Source: Dehalococcoidia bacterium
GTDB taxonomy: Bacteria; Chloroflexota; Dehalococcoidia; Plut-88900
NCBI GenBank assembly: GCA_965197645.1
Contig: OZ240219.1
Span: 2,816,001 to 2,880,000, forward strand
DNA: 64,000 bases
Direction: 5' to 3'
The position numbers were made by a program, and so were the translations under genes. Numbering within the stretch: position 1 is the stretch's first letter; each line of letters starts with the position of its first letter. Positions 10,813-20,460 of this stretch are shown one piece after another. The notes beneath the pieces are model-generated. The model saw only the letters and a program-made list of their open reading frames with translations. It was not told where the DNA came from and ran no database searches.

Positions 10813-12327
10813 ATGCCAGTCAGACATCCCACGCTAGAAGAGCTGGAACGCATCGCCGACGAGTACAACATGACTCCCACCTACGATGATCTGGAGTCCT
10901 TCAGCGGGCTTATGACCGGCGTAATCGACTCCTACGACCGGATCGATCAGCTCACCGAACCCACCCTGCCGGTGAAGTATCCTCGCAGCCCGGGCCACCG
11001 GCCTCAACCGGAGGACAACCCGCTGGGCGCCTGGTACTGGCGCACCGAGATCAAGGGAGCGCCGGAGGGGCTGCTGGCGGGTAAGACCGTGGCGATAAAG
11101 GACAACGTCTGCGTGGCCGGCGTGCCGATGATGAACGGCACCAGCGTCCTCGAAGGCTACGTTCCGGAGATCGATGCCACCATCGTAACCCGCATCCTGG
11201 ACGCCGGGGGCACGATCCTCGGAAAGGCCGTCTGCGAGAGTCTCTGCTTCTCGGGTGGGAGCCACACGTCGGACACGGGCCCGGTGCACAACCCCGTCAA
11301 TCTCGAGCATACTGCTGGCGGCTCCTCCAGTGGGAGCGCCGCCCTCGTCGCTTCCGGGGACGTCGATGTCTCCATCGGAGGCGATCAGGGCGGTTCCATC
11401 CGCATCCCAGCCCACTGCTGCGGCATCTACGGACTCAAACCCACCTACGGCCTGGTACCCTACACGGGCATTTTCCCCATCGAGCTGACCCTGGACCACA
11501 CGGGTCCCATGGCCCGGACCGTACTGGATGTCTCTCTGATGCTAGAGGCCATCGCCGGGCCGGATGGACTCGACCCTCGTCAGGGTGCTGGCCTGCAGGC
11601 GGAGGCCTACAGCCAGGCCCTTACCGGCGACATAGACGGGCTGCGGATCGGCATCGTCGAAGAGGGGTTTGGCTGGCCGGACCTCTCCGAGGAGGATGTG
11701 GACGAAACGGTTACCGAGCAGGCCCATGCCTTCGAGAGGTTGGGAGCCCAGCTAAGCAATATCTCCATTCCCTGGCACAAGGACGGCATCCACCTCTGGA
11801 ACGCCATCGCCCTGGAGGGCGCCACAAAGCTGATGATCGCCGGCAACGGCATGGGCACCAACTGGAAAGGTCACTACATCACCAGCCTGCTGGACGTTTT
11901 CGGCAGAAGCCGTCGCACCAGGGCCGACGACATGTCCGAGACCACCAAGCTGGTCGTGCTCTTGGGCCAGTACATGCAGGACCGATATCACGGCCGCTAC
12001 TACGCCAAAGCCCAGAACCTGGCTCGAAGCCTGACCGCTGCCTACGACGAAGCCCTCAGGGACGTGGACCTGCTGGCTATGCCCACCCTGCCCAAGAAGG
12101 CGACCCGCATACCCCCTCCAGACGCCAGCCGGGAGGAATACACCGCCCGGGCCTTGGAGCAGATCCCCAACACCTGCCCCTTCGATATTTCTGGTCACCC
12201 GGCGATAACCATACCCTGTGGCACTTCCCAAGGTCTGCCCATAGGCCTGATGCTCATCGGCCGGATGGGTGAGGACGCCACCGTGCTCCGCGCCGCTGAC
12301 GCCTACCAGCGCCGGCTGGCTGTTTGA
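10813..12327 (+). CDS. Amidase (amidase-signature family)
   Basis: AIKDN, GGSSSGS, GGDQGGSIRIP (Ser-cisSer-Lys triad); AGGAGG RBS. Confidence 0.93.
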   Translation: MPVRHPTLEELERIADEYNMTPTYDDLESFSGLMTGVIDSYDRIDQLTEPTLPVKYPRSPGHRPQPEDNPLGAWYWRTEIKGAPEGLLAGKTVAIKDNVCVAGVPMMNGTSVLEGYVPEIDATIVTRILDAGGTILGKAVCESLCFSGGSHTSDTGPVHNPVNLEHTAGGSSSGSAALVASGDVDVSIGGDQGGSIRIPAHCCGIYGLKPTYGLVPYTGIFPIELTLDHTGPMARTVLDVSLMLEAIAGPDGLDPRQGAGLQAEAYSQALTGDIDGLRIGIVEEGFGWPDLSEEDVDETVTEQAHAFERLGAQLSNISIPWHKDGIHLWNAIALEGATKLMIAGNGMGTNWKGHYITSLLDVFGRSRRTRADDMSETTKLVVLLGQYMQDRYHGRYYAKAQNLARSLTAAYDEALRDVDLLAMPTLPKKATRIPPPDASREEYTARALEQIPNTCPFDISGHPAITIPCGTSQGLPIGLMLIGRMGEDATVLRAADAYQRRLAV

Positions 12328-12409
12328 CGAGTCACACCACCGAGACTAGACTGGGCCTATCACCCCTCACACCCCGGCGGCCTGTTATCGAAGTGAAGGA
12401 GCCCGAGCT

Positions 12410-14158
12410 ATGACCACCACAGTCGAAGGCCAGATCAAAGTCGGAATGCTGGAAGAGGTGAAGGCCAGGGGATGCACCGTGGTAACCGGCGCGGGCCGCA
12501 CCATTGCCGTCTTCCACCACCAGGACCGGGTATACGCCGTCGACAATCGATGTCCCCACATGGGATTTCCGCTGGAGCAGGGCACAGTCAAGGATGGCCT
12601 CCTGACCTGCCACTGGCACCACGCCAGGTTCGATCTGGAGAGCGGCGGCACCTTCGATCCCTTTGCCGATGACGTCCGGGCCTTCCCCGTATCCATCGTC
12701 GACGGCCAGGTGTGGGTTAACCCGTCGCCCCCGAACCGAGACGAAATTGAACACTGGACCCATCGTCTACGGGACGGCATGGAGCACGATATCCGGCTCG
12801 TAATCGCCAAGTCCGTGCTTGGCCTCAGCTCAGCCGGGGCCGATCCCGCCGTATCCCTGCAGACGGGCGCCCATTTCGGCACGACCTACTCTTCGACCGG
12901 CTGGACCCCGGCCATGACCATGCTCACCTGTATGGCCAACATACTTCCCCATCTCAACGATGAGGACAAACCCCTGGCCCTCTACCAGGGCCTGTTCAAG
13001 GTCTCCAGGGACACTGCGGGTAGGCCACCCCGGTTCGACATGGAGCCGTTGCCCACCAACGAGACCCGTCCCGAGGCTTTCAAGGCCTGGTTCCGGGAGT
13101 TCATCGACGTGCGGGACGCCGACGGCGCCGAGAGGTGCCTTCGCACCGCCATCGACCTTGGCATCCCCGAGGTAGCCATCGCCGGTATGATCTTCGCCGC
13201 CGCTACAGACCACATCTACATCGATGGTGGCCACACCGTCGACTTCATCAACAAGGCCTTCGAGCTGGTGGACCATATCGGCTGGGACGGCGCCGGACAC
13301 GTCTTGACCAGCCTGGTTATGGGGATGACTTCGGCCCAGCGGAGTGAGGAGCTCAACTCCTGGCGAAACCCCATCAACATCGCCGAAATGACGTGGCAGG
13401 CCCGGGAAGAGCTTCCAACCCTGTACGAACAGGGGAAGAGAAACGGGAACGGCTGGGACGATGAGGAGGGGTTGGCCTGGCAGATGCTGGAGGACGATCC
13501 TGCCAGCACCCTGGAGGATCTGAAGGAGGCCGTCAAAGCGGGCGCCACACCAGAGGCGTTGGGCTCCGCCGTCGCCTATGCCGCCTTCCTGCGAATGGCC
13601 CGCTTCCACACCTCCAACGAGTTCGGCGACTGGGACACCGTTCACAACACTCTGACCGCCGCCAACGCCCTGCACCAGGCCCTCAGGAGAGCGCCCTCCG
13701 TCGAGCTCCTCAGGGCGGTCTTCGATACGGCCATGAGCATCTACCTGGACCGGTTCCTCAACATGCCCGCCCAACGGATACCCCAGCCCAATGGCGCCGG
13801 CGCCGATACGGATGCCCATCTCGGAAGCATCCTGGACTACATGAACGTGCAGCAGCAGGTGGAGGAGGTGGCCGCTCAGGTCTCCTCCTACGTCTCGGAT
13901 GACGGAGACCCGGACCGCCTGCTTGGCGTCATGGCCCACGCGCTGCTCAGAGAGGACCTGGACTTCCACGCCTTCCAGATAGTCGACGCTTGCTTCAGGC
14001 AGTACAACCTGCGTAGAGGCACCGAGTCGGGACGGCACGTCCTCATAGGAATGTCCCGGTTCCTGGCGGCCCACTGTCCCACACCGCGAGAGGTGGGGCA
14101 GACCTACGACATCGCTCTGCGTCTCCAGCGCGGTGAGGAGATCTTCCGGGACAACTGA
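12410..14158 (+). CDS. Rieske [2Fe-2S] domain fused to a large helical domain of unknown function
   Basis: NRCPHMGFPL...TCHWHHARFD Rieske motif in the first ~100 aa; ~480-aa C-terminal region. Confidence 0.85.
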   Translation: MTTTVEGQIKVGMLEEVKARGCTVVTGAGRTIAVFHHQDRVYAVDNRCPHMGFPLEQGTVKDGLLTCHWHHARFDLESGGTFDPFADDVRAFPVSIVDGQVWVNPSPPNRDEIEHWTHRLRDGMEHDIRLVIAKSVLGLSSAGADPAVSLQTGAHFGTTYSSTGWTPAMTMLTCMANILPHLNDEDKPLALYQGLFKVSRDTAGRPPRFDMEPLPTNETRPEAFKAWFREFIDVRDADGAERCLRTAIDLGIPEVAIAGMIFAAATDHIYIDGGHTVDFINKAFELVDHIGWDGAGHVLTSLVMGMTSAQRSEELNSWRNPINIAEMTWQAREELPTLYEQGKRNGNGWDDEEGLAWQMLEDDPASTLEDLKEAVKAGATPEALGSAVAYAAFLRMARFHTSNEFGDWDTVHNTLTAANALHQALRRAPSVELLRAVFDTAMSIYLDRFLNMPAQRIPQPNGAGADTDAHLGSILDYMNVQQQVEEVAAQVSSYVSDDGDPDRLLGVMAHALLREDLDFHAFQIVDACFRQYNLRRGTESGRHVLIGMSRFLAAHCPTPREVGQTYDIALRLQRGEEIFRDN

Positions 14159-14196
14159 CCGCTGCTTGGGTCGAGGCCACACCCGCATACGATGGT

Positions 14197-14484
14197 CAAC
14201 GGTTAGACCGAGCCCGTACCCTCGTCATTGCGAGACCCGACGAAGTCGGGGCGTGGCAATCTGTCAATTCCAGTCGTTGACCCCGCAGCGTTGTATACCC
14301 CACCTGCCTGGATTGCTTCGCTCTCTTCCACTCCCCACAGGACAGACTCACCCACCCTGGCAACTGCGGCAACGGTTAGACCGAGTCCGTACCCTCGTCA
14401 TTGCGAGACCCGACGAAGTCGGGGCGTGGCAATCTGCCAATTCCAGTCGTTGACCCCGCAGCGTTGTATACCTCACCTGCCTGG
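14197..14484 (+). repeat. Two direct copies (115 bp, period 173) containing a REP-like palindrome
   Basis: 14197-14311 vs 14370-14484 differ at about 3 positions. Confidence 0.9.
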
Positions 14485-14579
14485 TTTTGTTCCCTCTCCT
14501 CCTCTTCCCCAGCTCTCAGTATTTCACGCCATATGGCGAATGATGAGCGGGGCAAGCTATCCTTGACTCGTTGGCGACA

Positions 14580-14597
14580 ATGTGATAAAAATAACAC
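14580..14597 (+). promoter_or_regulatory. Possible Rex/CRP-like operator (TGTGA-N6-TAACA) upstream of the tetrapyrrole operon
   Basis: ATGTGATAAAAATAACAC in an AT-rich island; weaker second site GGTTA-N6-ACACA at 14625-14640. Confidence 0.4.
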
Positions 14598-14668
14598 ACT
14601 AATTCCGCTATAATCTTACAACCGGGTTATAATTTACACAGATAATTGTAGTTTCACCCAGATTTCTG

Positions 14669-15346
14669 ATGCCAAAATACTATCCCGCCTTTCTGAATGT
14701 GGACGGTCAGCCCTGTTTGGTCGTGGGTGGCGGCCCCATCGCTGAGCGCAAGGTCAAGACATTGTTGGACTCGAATGCACGGGTTACCCTCATAAGCCCC
14801 CAGATTACCTCCCGGCTGAAACGGAGGGTGGACAAGGGCCAGATCACCCACCTGGACCGACCCTACGAGCAGGGCGATCACCGGGGACAGTACCTCCTCA
14901 TCGCCGCCACCGACGATATGAAGCTCAATCGTAACATCGGCATCGAGGCCCGGGCCGATGGTGTCCTGGTAAACGTGGTGGATGACCCGGACTACTGCGA
15001 CTTCATCGCTCCTTCCATCGTCCAGCGCGGCGACATCACATTCGCCATCTCCACCGGTGGAGGAAGCCCTGCCCTGTCTCGATGGCTGCGCACTCGGTTA
15101 CAGTCCGAGTATCCCTCGGAGTACGGTAAGCTGGCGGCCCTCCTCGCCCAGGTCAGGGTACAGCTTCGCAAGGAAGGCCGGAGGATAACCGCCGCCCGCT
15201 GGCAGAAATCCATCGATCTGGACCTGGTATCGCTGCTGAAGAAGGGCAGGAAGAAGGAAGCCAGGGAAAGGCTGGTTGCCTCCCTGACCAACAAAAAACC
15301 TTCCTCCCGCCGGCGGACACAGAGTGAAGAGGCCCGGATTGAGTAG
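14669..15346 (+). CDS. Precorrin-2 dehydrogenase/sirohydrochlorin ferrochelatase (SirC/Met8/CysG-B)
   Basis: YYPAFL, VVGGGPIAERK, VNVVDDP..CDFIAP, ISTGGGSPAL. Confidence 0.92.
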   Translation: MPKYYPAFLNVDGQPCLVVGGGPIAERKVKTLLDSNARVTLISPQITSRLKRRVDKGQITHLDRPYEQGDHRGQYLLIAATDDMKLNRNIGIEARADGVLVNVVDDPDYCDFIAPSIVQRGDITFAISTGGGSPALSRWLRTRLQSEYPSEYGKLAALLAQVRVQLRKEGRRITAARWQKSIDLDLVSLLKKGRKKEARERLVASLTNKKPSSRRRTQSEEARIE

Positions 15347-16262
15347 ACCCCTGGTCATAGGCACCCGGGGAAGCGCCCTCTCCCTCAAGCAGGTGGACGA
15401 GTTTACGGACCTGTTCAAACGTCGCCATCCCGATCACTCCTTCGAGGTCAAGGTGGTTAGCACCATGGGCGACCGAGACAAATCGGCGCCTATATCACGA
15501 TTCGGTTCGAAGGGTGTCTTCGTAGCGGAGCTGGAAAAGCAGATAGAGCAGGGCGCCATCGACGTAGCCATCCACAGCCTGAAGGATATGCCCAGCGAGG
15601 AGATGCCGGGTTTTCGCATCGCCGCCGTTCTCCCCAGGAGCGACCCCAGGGACGTACTTGTTACCGCCGGCGGCCTTGCTCTCGATCAGCTGCCAGGAGA
15701 AGCCCGGTTGGGCTCGGGCAGCCCCCGCAGGTCGGCGCAGGTCAAAGCCGCCAGGCCCGATCTCCTCGTTCAGGACATCCGCGGTAACATCGACACCCGC
15801 ATCCAGAAGGTGCGTCGCGGCGACTACGATGGCGCCATTCTCGCCGCCGCGGGCCTGATAAGAATGGGCTGGCAGGACCAGATCGCCGACTATCTACCCG
15901 TTGACGTGTGCATGCCTGCGGTCGGCCAGGGCGCCCTCGCCATTGAGATTAGGGAAGACGACCCGGAAACCTGGGACCTCGTCAAACCCCTGGATGACCC
16001 TCCCACCCGCCAGGCCGTGGAAGCCGAAAGATCCCTGTTGAGGAGCATGGGAGGAGGTTGCCTCGCTCCCATCGCTGCCTACGGCGCCAACGAGAATGGC
16101 CGACTGCGCCTCCGAGGTATCGTCGCCGACCCTCATACTCATGAAATTATCAGGGCCGAGGTCACCGACCCTACGGCTTCTCCACAAGACCTGGGTGCAC
16201 AGTTGGCGAAAAAGCTCTTCTCCCTTGGCGCCGCCAGGGTATTGGAGGCGGTGAGCGGATGA
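15324..16262 (+). CDS. hemC: Hydroxymethylbilane synthase
   Basis: IGTRGSAL, KGVF, HSLKDMP, IRGNIDTR, GGC dipyrromethane Cys; real start may be TTG 15339. Confidence 0.95.
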   Translation: MKRPGLSRPLVIGTRGSALSLKQVDEFTDLFKRRHPDHSFEVKVVSTMGDRDKSAPISRFGSKGVFVAELEKQIEQGAIDVAIHSLKDMPSEEMPGFRIAAVLPRSDPRDVLVTAGGLALDQLPGEARLGSGSPRRSAQVKAARPDLLVQDIRGNIDTRIQKVRRGDYDGAILAAAGLIRMGWQDQIADYLPVDVCMPAVGQGALAIEIREDDPETWDLVKPLDDPPTRQAVEAERSLLRSMGGGCLAPIAAYGANENGRLRLRGIVADPHTHEIIRAEVTDPTASPQDLGAQLAKKLFSLGAARVLEAVSG

Positions 16263-17785
16263 ATGCCCCAGGAAGGGTTTCGCTGGTAGGGGCCGGGCCC
16301 GGCGACCCGGGGCTCATCACCGTCAAAGCCCTGGAGTGCATCCGGCGAGCCGACGTCCTCGTCTACGATCGCCTGGTGAATGAAACTCTCCTCCGTCACG
16401 CCGGGTCCGACTGCGAGCTGGTGTACGTCGGCAAACAACCGGACAACCACGTAATGAGTCAATCCGAGATAAACGGCTTGCTCGCGGCGAGGGCCAAGAC
16501 CGGCAAATACGTGGTGCGACTCAAAGGCGGCGACCCCTTCATATTCGGGCGAGGAGGCGAGGAGGCGGAGGCGCTGGTCTCTGAAAGCATACCCTTTGAC
16601 GTTGTCCCCGGCGTCTCCTCCGTATCGGCGGCTCCCGCCTACGCCGGCATCCCCTTGACCCACCGAGATATGTCATCGTCCCTGGCCATAGTCACCGGCC
16701 ACGAGGACCCGTCCAAACCCAGCTCGGCCGTGGACTGGGCGAAGCTGGCCACAGCCACCGATACCCTCATCATACTAATGGGAGTAGCCAACCTGCCGGA
16801 TATAGCCCAACTGCTGATGGAGCACGGCCGCTCACATGACACCCCCGTAGCACTGGTCCGATGGGGCACCACGTCCAACCAGGAGACCCTGGAGGGTACG
16901 CTATCGGACATCGCACGGAGAGTGGCGGAGACCGGCTTCTCGGCGCCGGCCGTCATCATTGTCGGCGACGTAGTCCGGCTGCGGGACAGGCTCAACTGGT
17001 TCGATGCTAGGCCCCTGCTGGGCAAGCGGGTGCTGGTCACCCGCAGCCGAAAGCAGGCCAGCGCCATCTCGGCCCTCCTGGCCGACAAAGGCGCCCAGGT
17101 CATCGAGCTGCCCGCCCTTGAGGTCCGGCAGGACCAGGACAACAGGAATGCCATCGATGCCGCCATCGACAGACTCGCCGGCTACAACTGGGCGGTGTTC
17201 ACCAGCGTAAACGGTGTCGAGTGTTTCTTGGATGCGCTGGACTCCAGGGGCCTGAACGGTAGCTCTCTGGGCCACCTCAAGCTGGCGGCCATCGGGCCTG
17301 CCACCGCCGCAGCCCTCGAATCGAGGGGCCTCAGGGTTGACCTGGTGCCGGACGAGTACGTCGCGGAAACCCTCGTCGAGCATTTCAAGGACGAGAATAT
17401 CGAGGGCCAGAGGTTCTTGCTGCCCAGGGCGGTGGGGGCACGGGCTGTACTCGTCAAAGGGCTTACGGCCCTGGGCGCCGTCGTAGATGAAGTCCCAGCC
17501 TACCGCGCCGAGCTTCCCTCGCAGGCCGCCATCGACGCCCGATATACCCTGATAAACGAAGGAGTGGATATCGCCACCTTCGCCAGTTCGTCCACCGTCA
17601 GGAACCTGGTCCACATCCTGAACGGCACACTGGATTCTCTCAAAAACTCCTGCATAGCCTGTATCGGCCCCGTGACGGCGGACACGGCCAAGGAGCTGGG
17701 CCTGAGAGTAGACGTAGTAGCATCGGAGCACACCATCCCCGGTTTGGTCGGCGCCATAGTAGACCACGTAAGGAGCGCGACATGA
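16259..17785 (+). CDS. cobA: Fused uroporphyrinogen-III C-methyltransferase / uroporphyrinogen-III synthase
   Basis: VGAGPGDPGLIT, RLKGGDPFIFGRGGEE; HemD half VLVTR, FTSVNGV, FASSSTV, CIGPVT. Confidence 0.95.
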   Translation: MNAPGRVSLVGAGPGDPGLITVKALECIRRADVLVYDRLVNETLLRHAGSDCELVYVGKQPDNHVMSQSEINGLLAARAKTGKYVVRLKGGDPFIFGRGGEEAEALVSESIPFDVVPGVSSVSAAPAYAGIPLTHRDMSSSLAIVTGHEDPSKPSSAVDWAKLATATDTLIILMGVANLPDIAQLLMEHGRSHDTPVALVRWGTTSNQETLEGTLSDIARRVAETGFSAPAVIIVGDVVRLRDRLNWFDARPLLGKRVLVTRSRKQASAISALLADKGAQVIELPALEVRQDQDNRNAIDAAIDRLAGYNWAVFTSVNGVECFLDALDSRGLNGSSLGHLKLAAIGPATAAALESRGLRVDLVPDEYVAETLVEHFKDENIEGQRFLLPRAVGARAVLVKGLTALGAVVDEVPAYRAELPSQAAIDARYTLINEGVDIATFASSSTVRNLVHILNGTLDSLKNSCIACIGPVTADTAKELGLRVDVVASEHTIPGLVGAIVDHVRSAT

Positions 17786-18810
17786 AGTCCAGCGTAGAGA
17801 GGTTGATCTCCGGCCAGGGCACCGGATTCCCCATCCAGCGTCTGAGGCGTCTAAGGCGCAGCAGAACACTGCGCGGCATGGTCGAAGAGACGACGCTCAA
17901 CGCCCGTGACTTCGTCTATCCCATCTTCGTCACCGAGGACTACGGCCACCGGCGGGAGATCCCCTCCATGCCCGGACAGTACCAGCTCTCCCTGGACAAA
18001 GTGGCCGCCGAGGTCGAAGAGGTGGCCGCACTGGGAGTTCCGGCCGTCCTGTTGTTCGGTCTGCCTGCCGTCAAGGACGGCGCCGGCGCCGAAGCCTACA
18101 ACCCTCGAGGAGTGATCCAGCAGGCGGTCACCAACATCAAGCAGGCCGTCCCCGATATAGTCGTCATCACCGATGTCTGTCTATGCGAGTACACCGATCA
18201 CGGCCACTGCGGAGTCCTAGATGGAGACTACGTCGACAACGACGCCACCCTGGAGCTGCTGGCTAGGGCCGCCCTGACCCACGCCGAAGCCGGCGCCGAT
18301 ATCGTCGCCCCATCCAACATGATGGACGGCACTGTGGGCGCCATCCGCACCCTCCTCGACGAGAATGGTCTCGACCTGGTGCCCATCATGGGCTACTCCG
18401 CCAAGTACGCCTCGGGCTTCTACGGCCCCTTCAGGGACGCCGCCGGCTCCACCCCGTCCTTCGGAGACCGAAGGGCCTACCAGATGGACCCGCCCAACGT
18501 TCGGGAAGCCCTTATGGAGATAGAGTTGGACATCCGGGAGGGAGCCGATATAATTATGGTCAAACCCGCCCTGGCCTATCTGGATGTCATATCCAAGGCC
18601 AGGGAAGCCTACAACCAGCCGCTAGCGGCCTACAACGTCAGTGGGGAGTACGCCATGGTCAAAGCCGCGGCCCGCAACGGGTGGCTCGACGAGCGGAAGA
18701 TAGTTACGGAGATACTCACCGGAATCAAGCGAGCCGGAGCCGACTTCATCCTCAGCTACCACTCCAAAGAGGTCGCCTCCTGGCTGAGGGAAGAGAGTCT
18801 GGCCAGATAG
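17782..18810 (+). CDS. hemB: Porphobilinogen synthase
   Basis: DVCLCEYTDHGHCG, MVKPAL, AYNVSGEY. Confidence 0.97.
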   Translation: MKSSVERLISGQGTGFPIQRLRRLRRSRTLRGMVEETTLNARDFVYPIFVTEDYGHRREIPSMPGQYQLSLDKVAAEVEEVAALGVPAVLLFGLPAVKDGAGAEAYNPRGVIQQAVTNIKQAVPDIVVITDVCLCEYTDHGHCGVLDGDYVDNDATLELLARAALTHAEAGADIVAPSNMMDGTVGAIRTLLDENGLDLVPIMGYSAKYASGFYGPFRDAAGSTPSFGDRRAYQMDPPNVREALMEIELDIREGADIIMVKPALAYLDVISKAREAYNQPLAAYNVSGEYAMVKAAARNGWLDERKIVTEILTGIKRAGADFILSYHSKEVASWLREESLAR

Positions 18811-18811
18811 C

Positions 18812-19396
18812 ATGAGTAAAGTAAGACTCGCCCTGAAAGAGTGGGCGATAATAACCAAGGCCTTGGACAGAGGCCGGCAGATACTGCTCATTCGCAAGGG
18901 GGGTATACGGGAGCAGCAGAAGCGATTCGTCATCGAAGGCGATCAGTTCCTGCTCTACCCTTCTTACGAGCACCAGAAACCGGACCTAGTAAAGCCCGAG
19001 TTCCACGGGGAGCTGGGGAGTCTTCTAGCCTCTCACACCGATGACGGCACCCTTACCATTGCCAACCTAGCCAGGGTGGAAGACGCCCTTGAACTGACCG
19101 AGCCGGAAGCCGTCGACGCCCTCTCCCCCTTCTACATCTGCACCAACGACTACGCCCAGTACCGGCTTCGCTGGAGGCCGAAACAGCCCCTCTCGGTACT
19201 GCTGCTTAGGGTCTACCGGCTGCCCGAGCCCAGGACCCTGCCGGTGCTGGAACGATATGGGGGCTGCACCTCTTGGGTGGAGTTGGAGCAGGCTATCGAC
19301 ACCACCGGCGCGGCGCCCGTCCTCACCGACGATCAGTTCAATGACAGCGTGGAAGCCATTCGCCAATCTATAGAGCAGTACAAAGTCCTCGCATGA
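18812..19396 (+). CDS. DUF1802 family protein
   Basis: ALKEW...GRQILLIRKGGIRE...FLLYPSYEHQ...GGCTSWV. Confidence 0.85.
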   Translation: MSKVRLALKEWAIITKALDRGRQILLIRKGGIREQQKRFVIEGDQFLLYPSYEHQKPDLVKPEFHGELGSLLASHTDDGTLTIANLARVEDALELTEPEAVDALSPFYICTNDYAQYRLRWRPKQPLSVLLLRVYRLPEPRTLPVLERYGGCTSWVELEQAIDTTGAAPVLTDDQFNDSVEAIRQSIEQYKVLA

Positions 19397-19457
19397 TCGA
19401 ATACCTGCCAGCGCTGCGGCACCGTCCTTAGCAGAGTGAAGAGTCCACAAAGTAACC

Positions 19458-20450
19458 ATGAAATACAGAACGATACCCAACACCGACATCCAAGTCTCCG
19501 AGACCGGCTTCGGCACCTGGACCCTCATCAGCGATTGGTGGGGCCTCGTCACGGAGGAGCAGTCCATCAACCTGGTCCACAAGGCCCTGGACCTGGGCAT
19601 AAACCTGTTCGACACCGCCGACCAGTACCGCTCCGGCGAGAACGAACAGGTGGTGGCCAAGGCCCTAAAGGGTGTGCGCAACGAGGTAGTGCTCACCACC
19701 AAGTTCGGCTACGATTTCTACACCTTCCAGGCCCGTATCCGTCATCAGGAGAAGCCCCAGAACTTCGAGCCCGAGTTCATTCGCACTGCCTGTGAGAAGA
19801 GCCTCCAGCGCCTGGACACCGACTACATCGATATCTACCAGCTGCACAACCCCCGCATACCGGTGATAGAGCGGGATGAAGTCTTCGAGACGCTGGAGCG
19901 CCTGGTTGAAGAGGGAAAGATCAGGCACTACGGGGTCGCCATCGGTCCCGACATAGGCTGGTTCGAAGAGGGCCAAGCGGCTATGGAAGATCGAGGGGTC
20001 ACCAGCGCCCAGATCATCTACAGCATCCTGGAGCAGGACCCGGCCCGGGCCTTCTTCCCCATCGCTAAGGAATCGGGCACCGGCCTGCTGGTCCGGGTCC
20101 CTCACGCCAGCGGCCTGTTGGACGGAACGGTGACCAAAGACACCGTCTTTCCTGAGACGGACCACCGCAGCCATCGAAAGAAGGAGTGGCTGGACGAAAG
20201 TTTGCAGAAGGTGGAACAGGTCCAGTTTCTCACCCAGGACCGGGATATGACCATCGGCCAGGCGGCGTTGAAGTTCTGCCTGGCGCAGGAAACGGTATCG
20301 TCGGTGCTTCTGACCGTCACCACCGAGGAGCAGCTGGAGGAGTTTACCGCCGCCCCTGAACTTCCCGATCTCCCCCAAGAAGAACTTGACCAAGTCTATG
20401 AGCTCTACGACCGCAACTTCGACGTAACCCCCGTAACCCCGGCATCTTGA
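19458..20450 (+). CDS. Aldo/keto reductase
   Basis: GFGTW, FDTADQY, TKFG, SLQRLDTDYIDIYQLH. Confidence 0.92.
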   Translation: MKYRTIPNTDIQVSETGFGTWTLISDWWGLVTEEQSINLVHKALDLGINLFDTADQYRSGENEQVVAKALKGVRNEVVLTTKFGYDFYTFQARIRHQEKPQNFEPEFIRTACEKSLQRLDTDYIDIYQLHNPRIPVIERDEVFETLERLVEEGKIRHYGVAIGPDIGWFEEGQAAMEDRGVTSAQIIYSILEQDPARAFFPIAKESGTGLLVRVPHASGLLDGTVTKDTVFPETDHRSHRKKEWLDESLQKVEQVQFLTQDRDMTIGQAALKFCLAQETVSSVLLTVTTEEQLEEFTAAPELPDLPQEELDQVYELYDRNFDVTPVTPAS

Positions 20451-20460
20451 GGTTTACTTT

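Noticed and set aside
14197-14484. Possible CRISPR array or coding ORFs in the repeat
   Set aside because: Only two long copies; the ORFs are translations of the palindromic repeat
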